From Planctomycetota bacterium (lineage in GTDB: Bacteria; Planctomycetota; UBA8108; UBA1146), in assembly GCA_014240375.1 (NCBI GenBank), contig JAAZXB010000005.1, positions 64,297 through 128,296 on the forward strand: a stretch of 64,000 nucleotides of DNA, read 5' to 3'. Under the pieces are notes generated by a model, which searched no databases, was not told where the DNA came from, and saw only the letters and a list, made by a program, of their open reading frames with translations. Shown piece after piece: positions 38,419 through 48,111 of the stretch (position 1 is its first letter; every line of letters starts with the position of its first letter). Position numbers and translations under genes: made by a program.

Positions 38419-39849
38419 ATGAAGTGCAACCGACTTTTTTCCAGAGGTGTTTCGAAGCGATCCGCCATCCAGTGCGGCGGCAGCCATCTACAACGGCTAC
38501 CGAGATGGCTGACCCTGCTCCTGGTCTCGCTGACAATGCTGTTGGTCTGGGGTCATCCCGGGACAGTGGAGGCACAGTTCTTTGAACGGGCGCTGGTGCT
38601 GGAAGGGGTGCATATCCCCGGTCCCGACGGAGGGGTGCTGGAAGATTCCAACATCATTCTGAGGGGCGGACGGATTGTCGAACTGGGACCCGATTCAGAC
38701 GCTCCCATGATGTCGAAAAAGCTCAAGGTGAAGGGACTCTTCGCCACCGCCGGACTGACCGATCTGTCCTCCACCCTGACCCTGGATGAGGTCCGCTCGA
38801 GCAGTGCGATTCACAGTGCCTGGGATGGTTTCGATCGATACGATTCTCAGCAGATTCTGCGCACCCTGGCCAGCGGCGTGACCAAGATCCACCTGATACC
38901 GATGGGACCTAGTGGCATCGTTGGACGAGTCAGTTCTCTGTCCCTCGGCAGTCGTGAAGAGGGCGGATACGGCATCTTGCACAGTGAAGATGTTGCGCTC
39001 TGCATCGACCTGAGCAGTGGCACACCCCTCGAGCGGATCCGCACCTATGAGAAGGTTCGTGGTGCCTTGAAGTCGGCGCAGAAGATGCGCGAGTCGTTGG
39101 ACGATTACACCTCTGATCTGGAGGAGTACATCGAAGATCTGGCGGAAGCCGCCAAGAAGAAGGCACAGGAGAAGGCCGAGGAGAAGGACAAAGAAAAAGA
39201 CGACAAGGACGACAAGGACGACAAGGCCGAGGACGGGGACGAGAAGGACGAGAAGGACGAGGAGGGCCCCAAGAAGCCGGATCGGCTGGAACGAGACCCC
39301 GCAGCGGAGATTTTGCTGCAAGTTCTCGATCACGAACTGCCGGTGATGATCACCGCACGTCGCAGCGCAGATCTGCAAAATGCCATCGATCTGATCGAGG
39401 AGTTTCAACTTTCGGCCATCCTTCGTGGTGCCGATGAAGCTCACCTGGTACTCGAGGCGCTGGCAAAACTGGAAAAAGTCTCGCTGTTGCTCGAGGTACC
39501 GCGCTCCTCGCTGACGCGCGGTGCGGGCCCCCGCAGAGATCCTCATCTGATCGCACAACTGGACGAAGAGGGAATTTCCTGGGCGGTGGGAAGCGGCGGC
39601 GAAAGTACTTCGCTGTGGCGGTCGATCCAGCAACTCTCTGGACAACTGTCGACAGCGTCTCCTCTGCCATTGGCTCTCGCTCAGGGAGCCCAGGGCCCCT
39701 TCGGAGGATGGCTGAGAAGAGGCGCAACAGAGGTGGTTCTGTGGGAGGGGAATCCAGCGGAGGACCCGCTGGCCCGACCCAATCGAGTCATCATCAACGG
39801 GACGGTGGTCTGGCAACGACCCTCCGGTACCCGTGAGGGGAGTTTCTGA
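38419..39849 (+). CDS. Amidohydrolase-fold protein 1 of a tandem array (secreted). No HxH motif. Contains a K/D/E-rich insert.
   Basis: AAGGAAA Shine-Dalgarno sequence then ATG at 38419. Signal-like LTLLLVSLTMLLVWGHPGTVEA. Insert EKDKEKDDKDDKDDKAEDGDEKDEKDEEG encoded by GACAAGGAC repeats. C-terminal amidohydrolase-family tail. Confidence 0.55.
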   Translation: MKCNRLFSRGVSKRSAIQCGGSHLQRLPRWLTLLLVSLTMLLVWGHPGTVEAQFFERALVLEGVHIPGPDGGVLEDSNIILRGGRIVELGPDSDAPMMSKKLKVKGLFATAGLTDLSSTLTLDEVRSSSAIHSAWDGFDRYDSQQILRTLASGVTKIHLIPMGPSGIVGRVSSLSLGSREEGGYGILHSEDVALCIDLSSGTPLERIRTYEKVRGALKSAQKMRESLDDYTSDLEEYIEDLAEAAKKKAQEKAEEKDKEKDDKDDKDDKAEDGDEKDEKDEEGPKKPDRLERDPAAEILLQVLDHELPVMITARRSADLQNAIDLIEEFQLSAILRGADEAHLVLEALAKLEKVSLLLEVPRSSLTRGAGPRRDPHLIAQLDEEGISWAVGSGGESTSLWRSIQQLSGQLSTASPLPLALAQGAQGPFGGWLRRGATEVVLWEGNPAEDPLARPNRVIINGTVVWQRPSGTREGSF

Positions 39850-40979
39850 TGAAGAGTGGTAACCGATGGTGGCTGTGGATACTGACCGGATGGATCGGTT
39901 GGTGCACGACGGTCGAGGGATCCGAGAACAGCGTGGTCATCCGCCCGGTCGCAGTGGTGGCTCCCGACGGTAGCATCTGCGAGCAGATGGCGGTGGTGAT
40001 TCACTCCGATGGGACCATCGCTGCGGTGATCCCGGCGGACCAGGCAGACCCGGCACTGACCACGGTCCACGCTGCGGCGGGATCGGTGCTCACCCCGGGG
40101 CTCCATGACCTGTTTGGAGCCCTCGGTTGTGGCCAGGACGCCTTGCTGGCGGGGACGGTCCTGTTCGATTCTCAACTCGATGCGGCGGCTGCCTTCGATC
40201 CGACCACTGGCGCACTCGAACGGGCTGCACGGCACGGGATTCTATACACCACGGTGGCGGCAGTGCCGAGCGGGATCCGCAATGGCAGCAGTGCCACATT
40301 CCTCTGCAAGAGTGATGCTACGGCTCACCCGGTGGCGGCTGGAAGACCGATGTACGCACTGGCCGATTCGGTCCTGCAGTCATCGAGAGAGCCGACCAGT
40401 CGATCGGCGATGGTCTCGTTGTGGAAGGACTTTATCGTCGAGGGAGCGGGCCAGAACAGGGATCCAGGAGTTCTCTTCTGCCCCGATGCGATCGATTTTC
40501 GCCAGTCCCTCTCTCTGCGCTGGAAATCCTTGCCGGTGCTGGTCCACCAGGGGGACGCACGATCTCCGGTGGAGCGGCTCGCCGGAAAAGGTGCGCTGAT
40601 GGTGGTGGGCCCCTTTCTCGAGGACGGCAATCCGGCAGCGGTCGCGACTGCAGTGCGGGCGGCGCGAACCGGAACTGAACTGGCCTTTCGCGGTGGCTTA
40701 CCCGCCGCTCCTGCAAACCACCTGAGAGGGAGTGCAGCCATCGCCGTGGCGGCTGGACTCGATGGAGATGCGGCGCGTAGAGCCCTCTTCAGCAACCCCG
40801 CGCGGGTGGTGGTGGGCCACGGCATCGGAGTGATCGAGCCGGGGGCTCGTGCCGACCTGGTGCTGTTTTCCGCCGATCCGCTCGATCCGGCTGCCCGGGT
40901 GCTCCAGGTCTGGCGCGGTGGCCAGCAGCTGGGGATGAATACTTTCGACTCGATCCGGGATCTGGGAGGAATTCGATGA
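39849..40979 (+). CDS. Amidohydrolase-fold protein 2 of the array (PGLHDLFGALG in place of the HxH motif)
   Basis: N-terminal beta-sandwich-like segment then TPGLHD. C-terminal GARADLVLFSADPLDPAARVLQVWRGG. Start overlaps the previous stop. Confidence 0.55.
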   Translation: MKSGNRWWLWILTGWIGWCTTVEGSENSVVIRPVAVVAPDGSICEQMAVVIHSDGTIAAVIPADQADPALTTVHAAAGSVLTPGLHDLFGALGCGQDALLAGTVLFDSQLDAAAAFDPTTGALERAARHGILYTTVAAVPSGIRNGSSATFLCKSDATAHPVAAGRPMYALADSVLQSSREPTSRSAMVSLWKDFIVEGAGQNRDPGVLFCPDAIDFRQSLSLRWKSLPVLVHQGDARSPVERLAGKGALMVVGPFLEDGNPAAVATAVRAARTGTELAFRGGLPAAPANHLRGSAAIAVAAGLDGDAARRALFSNPARVVVGHGIGVIEPGARADLVLFSADPLDPAARVLQVWRGGQQLGMNTFDSIRDLGGIR

Positions 40980-42565
40980 AACAGCAACCGATGAATCCGT
41001 CACCGATGATGACTTCTCTGGTGCGATGTACAGTGTGGCTCGCCATCGCATGGGGGTCGGCAATCCTCGCTCCGGCAGCAGTGCTGGCAGCGGCGGGAGA
41101 AGACACGGCCACACCCGCAGAGGTTCTCCGGGATGTGACGATCCGTGCGCAGCGGGCTCATATCGGCGATGGCCGGGTCCTCGAGAATGCTCTGATCCAG
41201 GTCAAGGATGGCATCATCGTGAGTGTCGTGGCCAATGGCACCGCTGCCGAGGGTGTCAACCTGCTGGAAGTTTCCGACATCACTCCGGGATTGATCGATG
41301 CGAACGCCAGGATCGACGTCGCCGATGCGATCTACTTTCCGGGAGAGGATCCGCGTTTGCAAATCCTCCGGGCGATGGGACTCGAAGAGCACTTTCACGG
41401 TGGCGATGTCTGTCCCTGCGGTACTACCTGTCCTGCCATGACTCTTCATGTTGCCGATGAGATGTGTCTGTACTGTGGCTGGCCCGATCACGACCCTCAC
41501 CCACACGATCCGATCGACGAATTGCTCGCTGGATCGCTCGCTGGATCGCTCGGTGGCGACCAGGCTGCAGGTGTCCCGGCGCCCAGTGGAGTCATCAACG
41601 AGCAATCGAGTGAGGTGGTCCCACACTTCGAGGTACTCGATGCCATCGATCAGGGATCCGATGATTTTGATCGCCTGCTCAAAGAGGGAGTGACCACCAT
41701 CTACGTCAGCCCCGATTCCTCGGCGGTGGTCGGTGCGCGAGGATCGCTGATGAAGACTGGTGGCCCACTCGCCTCCAGATATCTCGGTGCCGGAGCGGTG
41801 AAGGGGGTTCTCGGGAGCGACGCCTACCGCTATGGGAGTCGCAATCGCAGTCCCTTCCGTACCAATGTTTCGGTCTACACCAGAAGACCTGATTCTCGCA
41901 TGGGTGTGGCGTGGGTCTTCAGGAAGGCGTTTCACGATGCGCTCCTGAGAGCCAAAGGGGTCACTCCCAGCGGTGCGGATACTTCCAGTCCGAGTGCTTC
42001 CCGTGTTCTTTCGAGTGTGCTGGCGGGGGAGATCCCGTTGCGAATCCAGGCTCGTACCGGTCCCGATATCGAGACGGCATTTCGTCTCTGTGGAGAGTTC
42101 GGTGTCCGCTTCACCCTGGAAGATCCGGTCGAGGCGTGGAAGCGGATCGACCTGCTTTCCAGCAGTGGAGTGGACGTGGTCTTCGGGCCGGTGTTTGACG
42201 TACCCAGCGGCATCCTTGCGGGAACCAACGAGAGCCGCGAATCGAGACTCCACACCTTGCGAGATCTGGTCACTTCCGGAGTCGAGGTGTCGTTGAGCGC
42301 CCAGGATTTGAGGGGTGAAGAGGGTCTTTCCCGTCAGGTGATGCTGGCGATCCGACACGGAGTCGATCCGGCGATGGCGTTGAGACTGGTCACACAAAAC
42401 CCGGCCAAACTGCTCGGGATCGATCAGCAGGTTGGAACGATTGAAACGGGTAAGAGAGCGGATCTGGTGGTGTGGAGTGGAACTCCCTTCTCCTCCCTTT
42501 CGAGAATCGAAAAGGTATTGCATGAGGGAGAGTTTTCCTTTGTCCGAGGTGGAGTCAAAAAATGA
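40976..42565 (+). CDS. Amidohydrolase-fold protein 3 of the array, with a Cys/His-rich insert
   Basis: Signal peptide. TPGLIDANARIDV. Insert CPCGTTCPAMTLHVADEMCLYCGWPDHDPHPHD. C-terminal GKRADLVVWSGTPF. 4-nt overlap with the previous gene. Confidence 0.6.
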   Translation: MKQQPMNPSPMMTSLVRCTVWLAIAWGSAILAPAAVLAAAGEDTATPAEVLRDVTIRAQRAHIGDGRVLENALIQVKDGIIVSVVANGTAAEGVNLLEVSDITPGLIDANARIDVADAIYFPGEDPRLQILRAMGLEEHFHGGDVCPCGTTCPAMTLHVADEMCLYCGWPDHDPHPHDPIDELLAGSLAGSLGGDQAAGVPAPSGVINEQSSEVVPHFEVLDAIDQGSDDFDRLLKEGVTTIYVSPDSSAVVGARGSLMKTGGPLASRYLGAGAVKGVLGSDAYRYGSRNRSPFRTNVSVYTRRPDSRMGVAWVFRKAFHDALLRAKGVTPSGADTSSPSASRVLSSVLAGEIPLRIQARTGPDIETAFRLCGEFGVRFTLEDPVEAWKRIDLLSSSGVDVVFGPVFDVPSGILAGTNESRESRLHTLRDLVTSGVEVSLSAQDLRGEEGLSRQVMLAIRHGVDPAMALRLVTQNPAKLLGIDQQVGTIETGKRADLVVWSGTPFSSLSRIEKVLHEGEFSFVRGGVKK

Positions 42566-44139
42566 TGTCGAGAGTCTCAGGAAGCAAGGAACCGATGTTG
42601 CCTAATATGATGCTGACCCCACGTCCAGTGGTGTCCCTGGTAGCCGCGCTAATACTGCTCTTCAGCACACAAGTCGTACCCGCTGGAGAATCCAAGCTGG
42701 CCTTGACCGGAGGCACGGTGATGACCGTCTCGGGTGAGAGTATCGCGGGTGGAGTGGTTCTCATCGAAGATGGAATCATCACAGCAGTGGGAACTGCCGA
42801 AACGGAGATTCCATATGATGCGATGGAGGTGGACTGTACGGGGATGATCCTGGCACCGGGATTTGTCGATCCGCACAGTTCCGATGGACTCGATATCCCC
42901 AACGAGAATCTTCCTTCCGCTCCCTTCGTCGATGTCTTCGATGCGCTCGATCCTTCTCGTTTCTTCTTCGAGGATTCTCTGCGCAATGGAGTCACCAGCA
43001 TTCATGTCATGCAGGGCAACAACTGCGTGGTCGGCGGCGTCAGCCGGATCGTCCATCCGATTGGGCTCACACCTCATGAGATGTCGAGGCAAGCAGGGGT
43101 GGCACTCAAACTCTCCACCTCACCGCGTCGGGGCTACGGCCGGATGCGTCAACTGGCAGAACTTCGAGAGGTGTTCGAAGAATACGATCGGTGGCGAGAA
43201 AACCTGGCCGAGAGTCGTTACGAGCAAGAAGCGGACAAGGAAGATGACGATGACAGCGATGCACTGCCACCGGAGGAAAGTCGCAGCAAGGGGCAGGAAC
43301 TGATCCGTGACGAGGATCTCGATGACCAGCACCGTCATCTCGCACACTTGATCGACGGTCGACTCGGCGCCTGGATCTACTGCGGGTCTGCCACCGATGT
43401 GGCTCCCGCGCTGGCCCTGGTGGCCGAACGAGACTGGAAAGATCGTGCAGTTCTGGTGCTGGCAGGGGATGCCCATCTGGCGATCGAGGAGATCAAGGAG
43501 GCGGGCATCGATGTGGTTCTCGATTCCGATCTGATCCATCGCAAGAGAGATGCCCTCACCGGGGATGTGGAAGAGACCTTCATCCCCGATGTGTATCGTC
43601 GTGCTGGAGTACGATTTGCCATCCAGCCTTCTCGCTCTGGCGCCATGCCGGAGAGATTCATCGGTTACCAGGCGGCACGACTGGTGCGATCCGGCATGGC
43701 ACCCGCCGCGGCTTTGCGAATCGTCACCTTGGGTGCTGCGGAGATCTGTGGAATCGATGATCGTTACGGTTCGATCGAGGTCGGCAAGATCGGCAACATC
43801 GTGATGTGGACCGGCGATCCGCTCGACCTGAATTCATGGGTACAGAAGGTCTTCGTCGAGGGGATCCTCGCCTATGACCTGGAGAAAGATGCTCGACTCG
43901 AACGTCTTTTCCCTGAGGAACCTGAGCCAGAGGAAGCACCCGCTCCACTCGAGGATGGGGGCACCTCCGAGGATGGCGAGGACGCAAAGCCTGCGGAAGA
44001 GACTCCGGAAAAAACCGCTGGAGAAGCACCCGCCGAGGATGGCGAGCCGCTGGAGGAGAAATCCTCCGAGAAGGGGGAAGCCCCCGCCGACAAGCCGGCG
44101 GATCCGCCCAAGGAATCGTCGGTTGCGGGAGGAGAATAG
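42562..44139 (+). CDS. Amidohydrolase-fold protein 4 of the array, with an acidic C-terminal tail
   Basis: Signal or TM segment at the N-terminus. APGFVDPHSSDGL (a single His). C-terminal GKIGNIVMWTGDPLD, then a Glu/Pro/Ala-rich tail. Confidence 0.6.
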   Translation: MMSRVSGSKEPMLPNMMLTPRPVVSLVAALILLFSTQVVPAGESKLALTGGTVMTVSGESIAGGVVLIEDGIITAVGTAETEIPYDAMEVDCTGMILAPGFVDPHSSDGLDIPNENLPSAPFVDVFDALDPSRFFFEDSLRNGVTSIHVMQGNNCVVGGVSRIVHPIGLTPHEMSRQAGVALKLSTSPRRGYGRMRQLAELREVFEEYDRWRENLAESRYEQEADKEDDDDSDALPPEESRSKGQELIRDEDLDDQHRHLAHLIDGRLGAWIYCGSATDVAPALALVAERDWKDRAVLVLAGDAHLAIEEIKEAGIDVVLDSDLIHRKRDALTGDVEETFIPDVYRRAGVRFAIQPSRSGAMPERFIGYQAARLVRSGMAPAAALRIVTLGAAEICGIDDRYGSIEVGKIGNIVMWTGDPLDLNSWVQKVFVEGILAYDLEKDARLERLFPEEPEPEEAPAPLEDGGTSEDGEDAKPAEETPEKTAGEAPAEDGEPLEEKSSEKGEAPADKPADPPKESSVAGGE

Positions 44140-44140
44140 G

Positions 44141-46876
44141 ATGCGCATTTCTCCGATCTGGCCGGGAATCCTCTGCTTGCTGATGTGGCTACCGGCCGTC
44201 TCACTCGAGGCGGCAGACGGCTTCATCTTGCGGGCGGCTACGATACACACCGGGGTTCGAGTCATCGAAGATGGAGCCATCGTGGTGCGCGATGGAAAGG
44301 TGGTCGAGGCCGGTCGGTGGGAGGATCTGGCGCCGGCACTGGCGACCAGCGACTTGCCGCTGATCCACTGGCCCGACGCCTATGTGACGCCGGGCTGGGT
44401 CGCGGCTTCGAGCAATCTGGTGGCCCCACACCCCTCGCCGGAATCGATTCATGCCGACTTCAGGGCGGCGGATGGGTACGACCGTTATGGCGACCATCGT
44501 CCGCTACTCGAGACCGGAGTGACCACCGCCCATCTGAGTCCAGGAGAGCATCGATTGCTCAGTGGCCAGGGTGCCGTGGTGAAACTGGTCGGCGCTGCGG
44601 ATCAGCGAATCCTCCGGGTCAGTGCCGATCTCTCCCTCTCCTTGACCGATGCCGTCGATGGAGCGAGGCCCTTGCTCAGGATTCCCTTCCCTGCATCCAG
44701 CGATGTGGCCATCACCGCCCCGACTCCCCAGCGACCGAGGAGTCGCATTGGTCGACTCCTGGCGCTCAGTGAAGCGCTGGAGAGGTCGAACCAAGACCCG
44801 GCCATCCATGGAGGGCTAGCGGAAGCGTGGAGTTCTGGATTGCCGGTGCGGGTCGCCGCCAGCAAGGCATCCGAGATCCTCGCAGCGATCTCCTTCCTTC
44901 GTGGGAAAGATCGTGACGGATACATCGTGGGAGGTACCGAGATCGGACAGGTAGCCGCGGCAGTGGCCGCCGCAGGGATTCCACTGGTGCTGCGCATCCA
45001 ACCGGTCGGCGGGGATGTCGGGTTCACCGATCGTGAACCGGTGGAGGGCTTGACCGATTGGCCACAGCTGGGCACCGATACTCTGCTGGCACTGGCACCG
45101 CCGAAGGATGACCTGAGGCAGTTGCGATGGGCGCTGGTGCAGGCGGCTCCTCACATGGAAAGACCCGATGATGCGATCGCCCTGGTCACTCATCATCCGG
45201 CTCGAATCCTTGGAGTCGAGGATCGGGTCGGGAGCCTCGAAGCGGGTGCGGATGCAGACCTGGTGATCTGGAATGAAGGACCGTGGAAAGTCACGGCACA
45301 TCCTCTCGAGGTGATTGCCGACGGGGCGGTGGCCTGGCAACCGCAGACGGAACCGACCACGGTGATTCGTGCGGAGACGATCTGGCTCTCTCCGGAGGAT
45401 CGTATCGACGGCGGTGAGGTTCTGATCGAGCAGGGCAAGATCGCCGCGGTGGGGAGAAGAGTGCCGCATCCACCTCACTCGAGAGTGATCGACGCAGGAT
45501 CGGGGAGTTTTCTCGTGCCCGGTTTCATCGATAGTTACGGACACCTCGGATTACGAGGGGATACGGGTTCCTCCGGCACTGGAGATCGCCTCTACCGTCT
45601 GATCGGTGCATCCGATGAGCCGGAGCACCGTGTGGCGAGATCGGGTGTGACCTCCCAGTTGCTGACCCCGATGAGATTGCAGCGCGGTGCAGCCACTGCG
45701 GTGGTGGTCAAGACATCCGGCAGAACCCGATCGCAGCGAGTGCCACAACCGGTCTCTGTACTGTTACTGGAGGCCAGTGGCCATCCCGATGAAGCGCTTG
45801 GCGGAATCTCGAGACTGATGGACCAGGGCAAGAAATATCTCGAGTCGTGGAAGAAGTACGAGAAGAGTCTCGCCGAATGGAGAAAGAAGAAGGCCGCTGG
45901 AGAAGAGATCGAACAGAAGGAGGAAGAGGGCGAGGAGGTAGTGGTCGAGCAGCAGGGGCCGGATCCCCTCACCGGGGTCTGGGAATTGACCATCTCCGGT
46001 GGACCGATCCCGGAACCAGAGACGGCCAAGATCTCGATCAAACTCGATGGTACGGAGTTCGAGGGCCGAGTCGTCGATCCGATCCCTCCGTTCCCGGTGA
46101 GAGTGGTCGGCACACTCGATGGGACCACCATCGAGGCGACCATCGAGATCGAAGATGGCGTTCTACCTGGAGTGCCGAAAATCAAAGCCGAACTGGAAGG
46201 TGAAGATTCGTTGGTGGGAACCATCTCGCTGATGCAATTCAGCGTAGATGTGGTGGGTACTCGTTCCAGCAAGGAAGCGAAATCGTTCAAGGTGGAACGG
46301 CGCAAGAAACGCGATGAAGATGGACGACCCAACGCTCCCCGCGTCAATCTTGCGCTGGAGCCGGTTCGAAAGGTCCTCGAGGGACAGATTCCGGTGGTGG
46401 TGACTCCCAGTGGACTGGAAGTGGCCACCAAGGTGATCGAGTACTTTTCCGAGAAGAAGATTCCTTTGACCCTCCGGCTGGGTCAGGAGATGCGTCTATA
46501 CCGTGACCTGCTGGCGGAGAAATCTGTATCGGTCATCTTGCCAGCAGAATCGAGTTTTACCATCCAGCGGAAGTCTTTTGCCCCGGGCAATTTCCTGAGT
46601 CGCTCCGGCATCAATGTGGCGTTTCAGAGCCAAGCTTCCGATGGCGCTCGTTCCCTGCAACAGCAGGCGATGCAAGCGGTCGAGCGTGGAATGAGTGCGG
46701 ATGCTGCGTTGCATGCACTGACTGGCGGAGCAGCCCGGGCACTGGGGGCCGCCGATCGGGTGGGCTCGATCGAGAGCGGTCTCGATGCAGACCTGTTGAT
46801 CTGGAATGGACATCCGATGGAGGCGGGAAGTCGCCTTCAAAGGGTCTTCATCCATGGAGAGGAGGTCCCCAGATGA
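44141..46876 (+). CDS. Amidohydrolase-fold protein 5 of the array: two fused amidohydrolase-like modules
   Basis: 911 aa from ATG at 44141. Signal peptide MRISPIWPGILCLLMWLPAVSLEA. Module a ends GADADLVIWNEGPW. Module b begins VPGFIDSYGHLGL and ends GLDADLLIWNGHPMEAGSRLQRVFIHG. Confidence 0.6.
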   Translation: MRISPIWPGILCLLMWLPAVSLEAADGFILRAATIHTGVRVIEDGAIVVRDGKVVEAGRWEDLAPALATSDLPLIHWPDAYVTPGWVAASSNLVAPHPSPESIHADFRAADGYDRYGDHRPLLETGVTTAHLSPGEHRLLSGQGAVVKLVGAADQRILRVSADLSLSLTDAVDGARPLLRIPFPASSDVAITAPTPQRPRSRIGRLLALSEALERSNQDPAIHGGLAEAWSSGLPVRVAASKASEILAAISFLRGKDRDGYIVGGTEIGQVAAAVAAAGIPLVLRIQPVGGDVGFTDREPVEGLTDWPQLGTDTLLALAPPKDDLRQLRWALVQAAPHMERPDDAIALVTHHPARILGVEDRVGSLEAGADADLVIWNEGPWKVTAHPLEVIADGAVAWQPQTEPTTVIRAETIWLSPEDRIDGGEVLIEQGKIAAVGRRVPHPPHSRVIDAGSGSFLVPGFIDSYGHLGLRGDTGSSGTGDRLYRLIGASDEPEHRVARSGVTSQLLTPMRLQRGAATAVVVKTSGRTRSQRVPQPVSVLLLEASGHPDEALGGISRLMDQGKKYLESWKKYEKSLAEWRKKKAAGEEIEQKEEEGEEVVVEQQGPDPLTGVWELTISGGPIPEPETAKISIKLDGTEFEGRVVDPIPPFPVRVVGTLDGTTIEATIEIEDGVLPGVPKIKAELEGEDSLVGTISLMQFSVDVVGTRSSKEAKSFKVERRKKRDEDGRPNAPRVNLALEPVRKVLEGQIPVVVTPSGLEVATKVIEYFSEKKIPLTLRLGQEMRLYRDLLAEKSVSVILPAESSFTIQRKSFAPGNFLSRSGINVAFQSQASDGARSLQQQAMQAVERGMSADAALHALTGGAARALGAADRVGSIESGLDADLLIWNGHPMEAGSRLQRVFIHGEEVPR

Positions 46877-48111
46877 GGACCTGCACCTGGATTATACTGG
46901 CACTATTCATCGTCACCACGGCCGGCGATTTGTTCGCAGCGGCGGAGGTTCACGCTTTCCGTGTGGGCAAGGTCGTCACCATGGATGGCGATGACCGGGT
47001 GATCAACAACGCAATAGTGATCGTCACCGATGGCAAGATCACAGCGGTGGGGCGCTCCCGAGATGTTGAAGTTCCGCCAGGAGCTACTGTCATCGAAAAA
47101 CCCCAGCTGTGGCTGGTTCCGGGGATGGTCGAATGTCATAACCACACCGGTGGTTCCAGTCCCGACCTCCATGATTACATCTACCTGACCAACCCAGGGC
47201 TTCGAACACTCGAGGCGATCGTTCCCGATGGGGTGGAGATGGAACGAGCTCGTGCCGGCGGCGTGACCACTGTGCTGACGATTCCAGGCAGTGGAAACAA
47301 CATGTCAGGATTCGGCACCATCCTCAAGACCGCCGGAACCGGTAGCGTCGAGGAGGCGGTCTTGAAGGCTCCCGGCTCGTTGAAGATCGCCCAGGCGGGG
47401 AACCCCGAGCGATACTTCTATGGGGTGGGGCGATCGTTCATGAACTTCAACACCCGGCAGACGCTGCGCAAGGCGATGGAATACCACAAGGCGCGGACTG
47501 CATGGGAGCAGGGCGAACGGGCGGATGAACCTCCCAAGGATCTGCACTGGGAAGAGTTCAGGGCGCTGTTTCGTCGAGAAACCGTGGCCTCGGTTCATAC
47601 CCAGATCTATCAGGTGCTGATGACCACCGTCAAGATGGTCGCCGGTGAGTTCGGAATTCGCACGGTGCTCGACCACTCCACCTTCGATGCCTGGAAGGTG
47701 GCGCGGCTGGTCAATGAGGATCAGAGTATTTACACCATCAATGGTCCGCGGCAACTTCATTACGACCGGACCCAGCGTCGCATCATGGGCAACGCTGCGA
47801 GGTGGTGGCAGGGAGGCGTTCGCCAGCTCGGGATCAATACCGACTCTCCGGTGGTGCCGCAGGAGGAACTGTTCTACCAGGCATCGATGGCTTGCTACTA
47901 CGGCTGGACTCCTTACGAGGCTCTCAAGGGAGTCACCAGGATTCCAGCAGAAGCCCTGATGATGGATCACCGCCTCGGCAGCATCACAGTGGGACTCGAT
48001 GCCGATTTCTGTCTCTGGACTGGAGACCCCATCGACCCGCGATCATCTTGTGAGATGACGGTGATCGACGGCCAAGTGACGTACGACGCCAACGGGAAGA
48101 GGGTCTTCTGA
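46873..48111 (+). CDS. Amidohydrolase-fold protein 6 of the array. The only member retaining a His-x-His motif (VPGMVECHNHTGG), so possibly the catalytic member.
   Basis: Signal peptide MRTCTWIILALFIVTTAGDLFAAAE. HxH present. C-terminal GLDADFCLWTGDPIDP. 4-nt overlap upstream. Confidence 0.65.
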   Translation: MRTCTWIILALFIVTTAGDLFAAAEVHAFRVGKVVTMDGDDRVINNAIVIVTDGKITAVGRSRDVEVPPGATVIEKPQLWLVPGMVECHNHTGGSSPDLHDYIYLTNPGLRTLEAIVPDGVEMERARAGGVTTVLTIPGSGNNMSGFGTILKTAGTGSVEEAVLKAPGSLKIAQAGNPERYFYGVGRSFMNFNTRQTLRKAMEYHKARTAWEQGERADEPPKDLHWEEFRALFRRETVASVHTQIYQVLMTTVKMVAGEFGIRTVLDHSTFDAWKVARLVNEDQSIYTINGPRQLHYDRTQRRIMGNAARWWQGGVRQLGINTDSPVVPQEELFYQASMACYYGWTPYEALKGVTRIPAEALMMDHRLGSITVGLDADFCLWTGDPIDPRSSCEMTVIDGQVTYDANGKRVF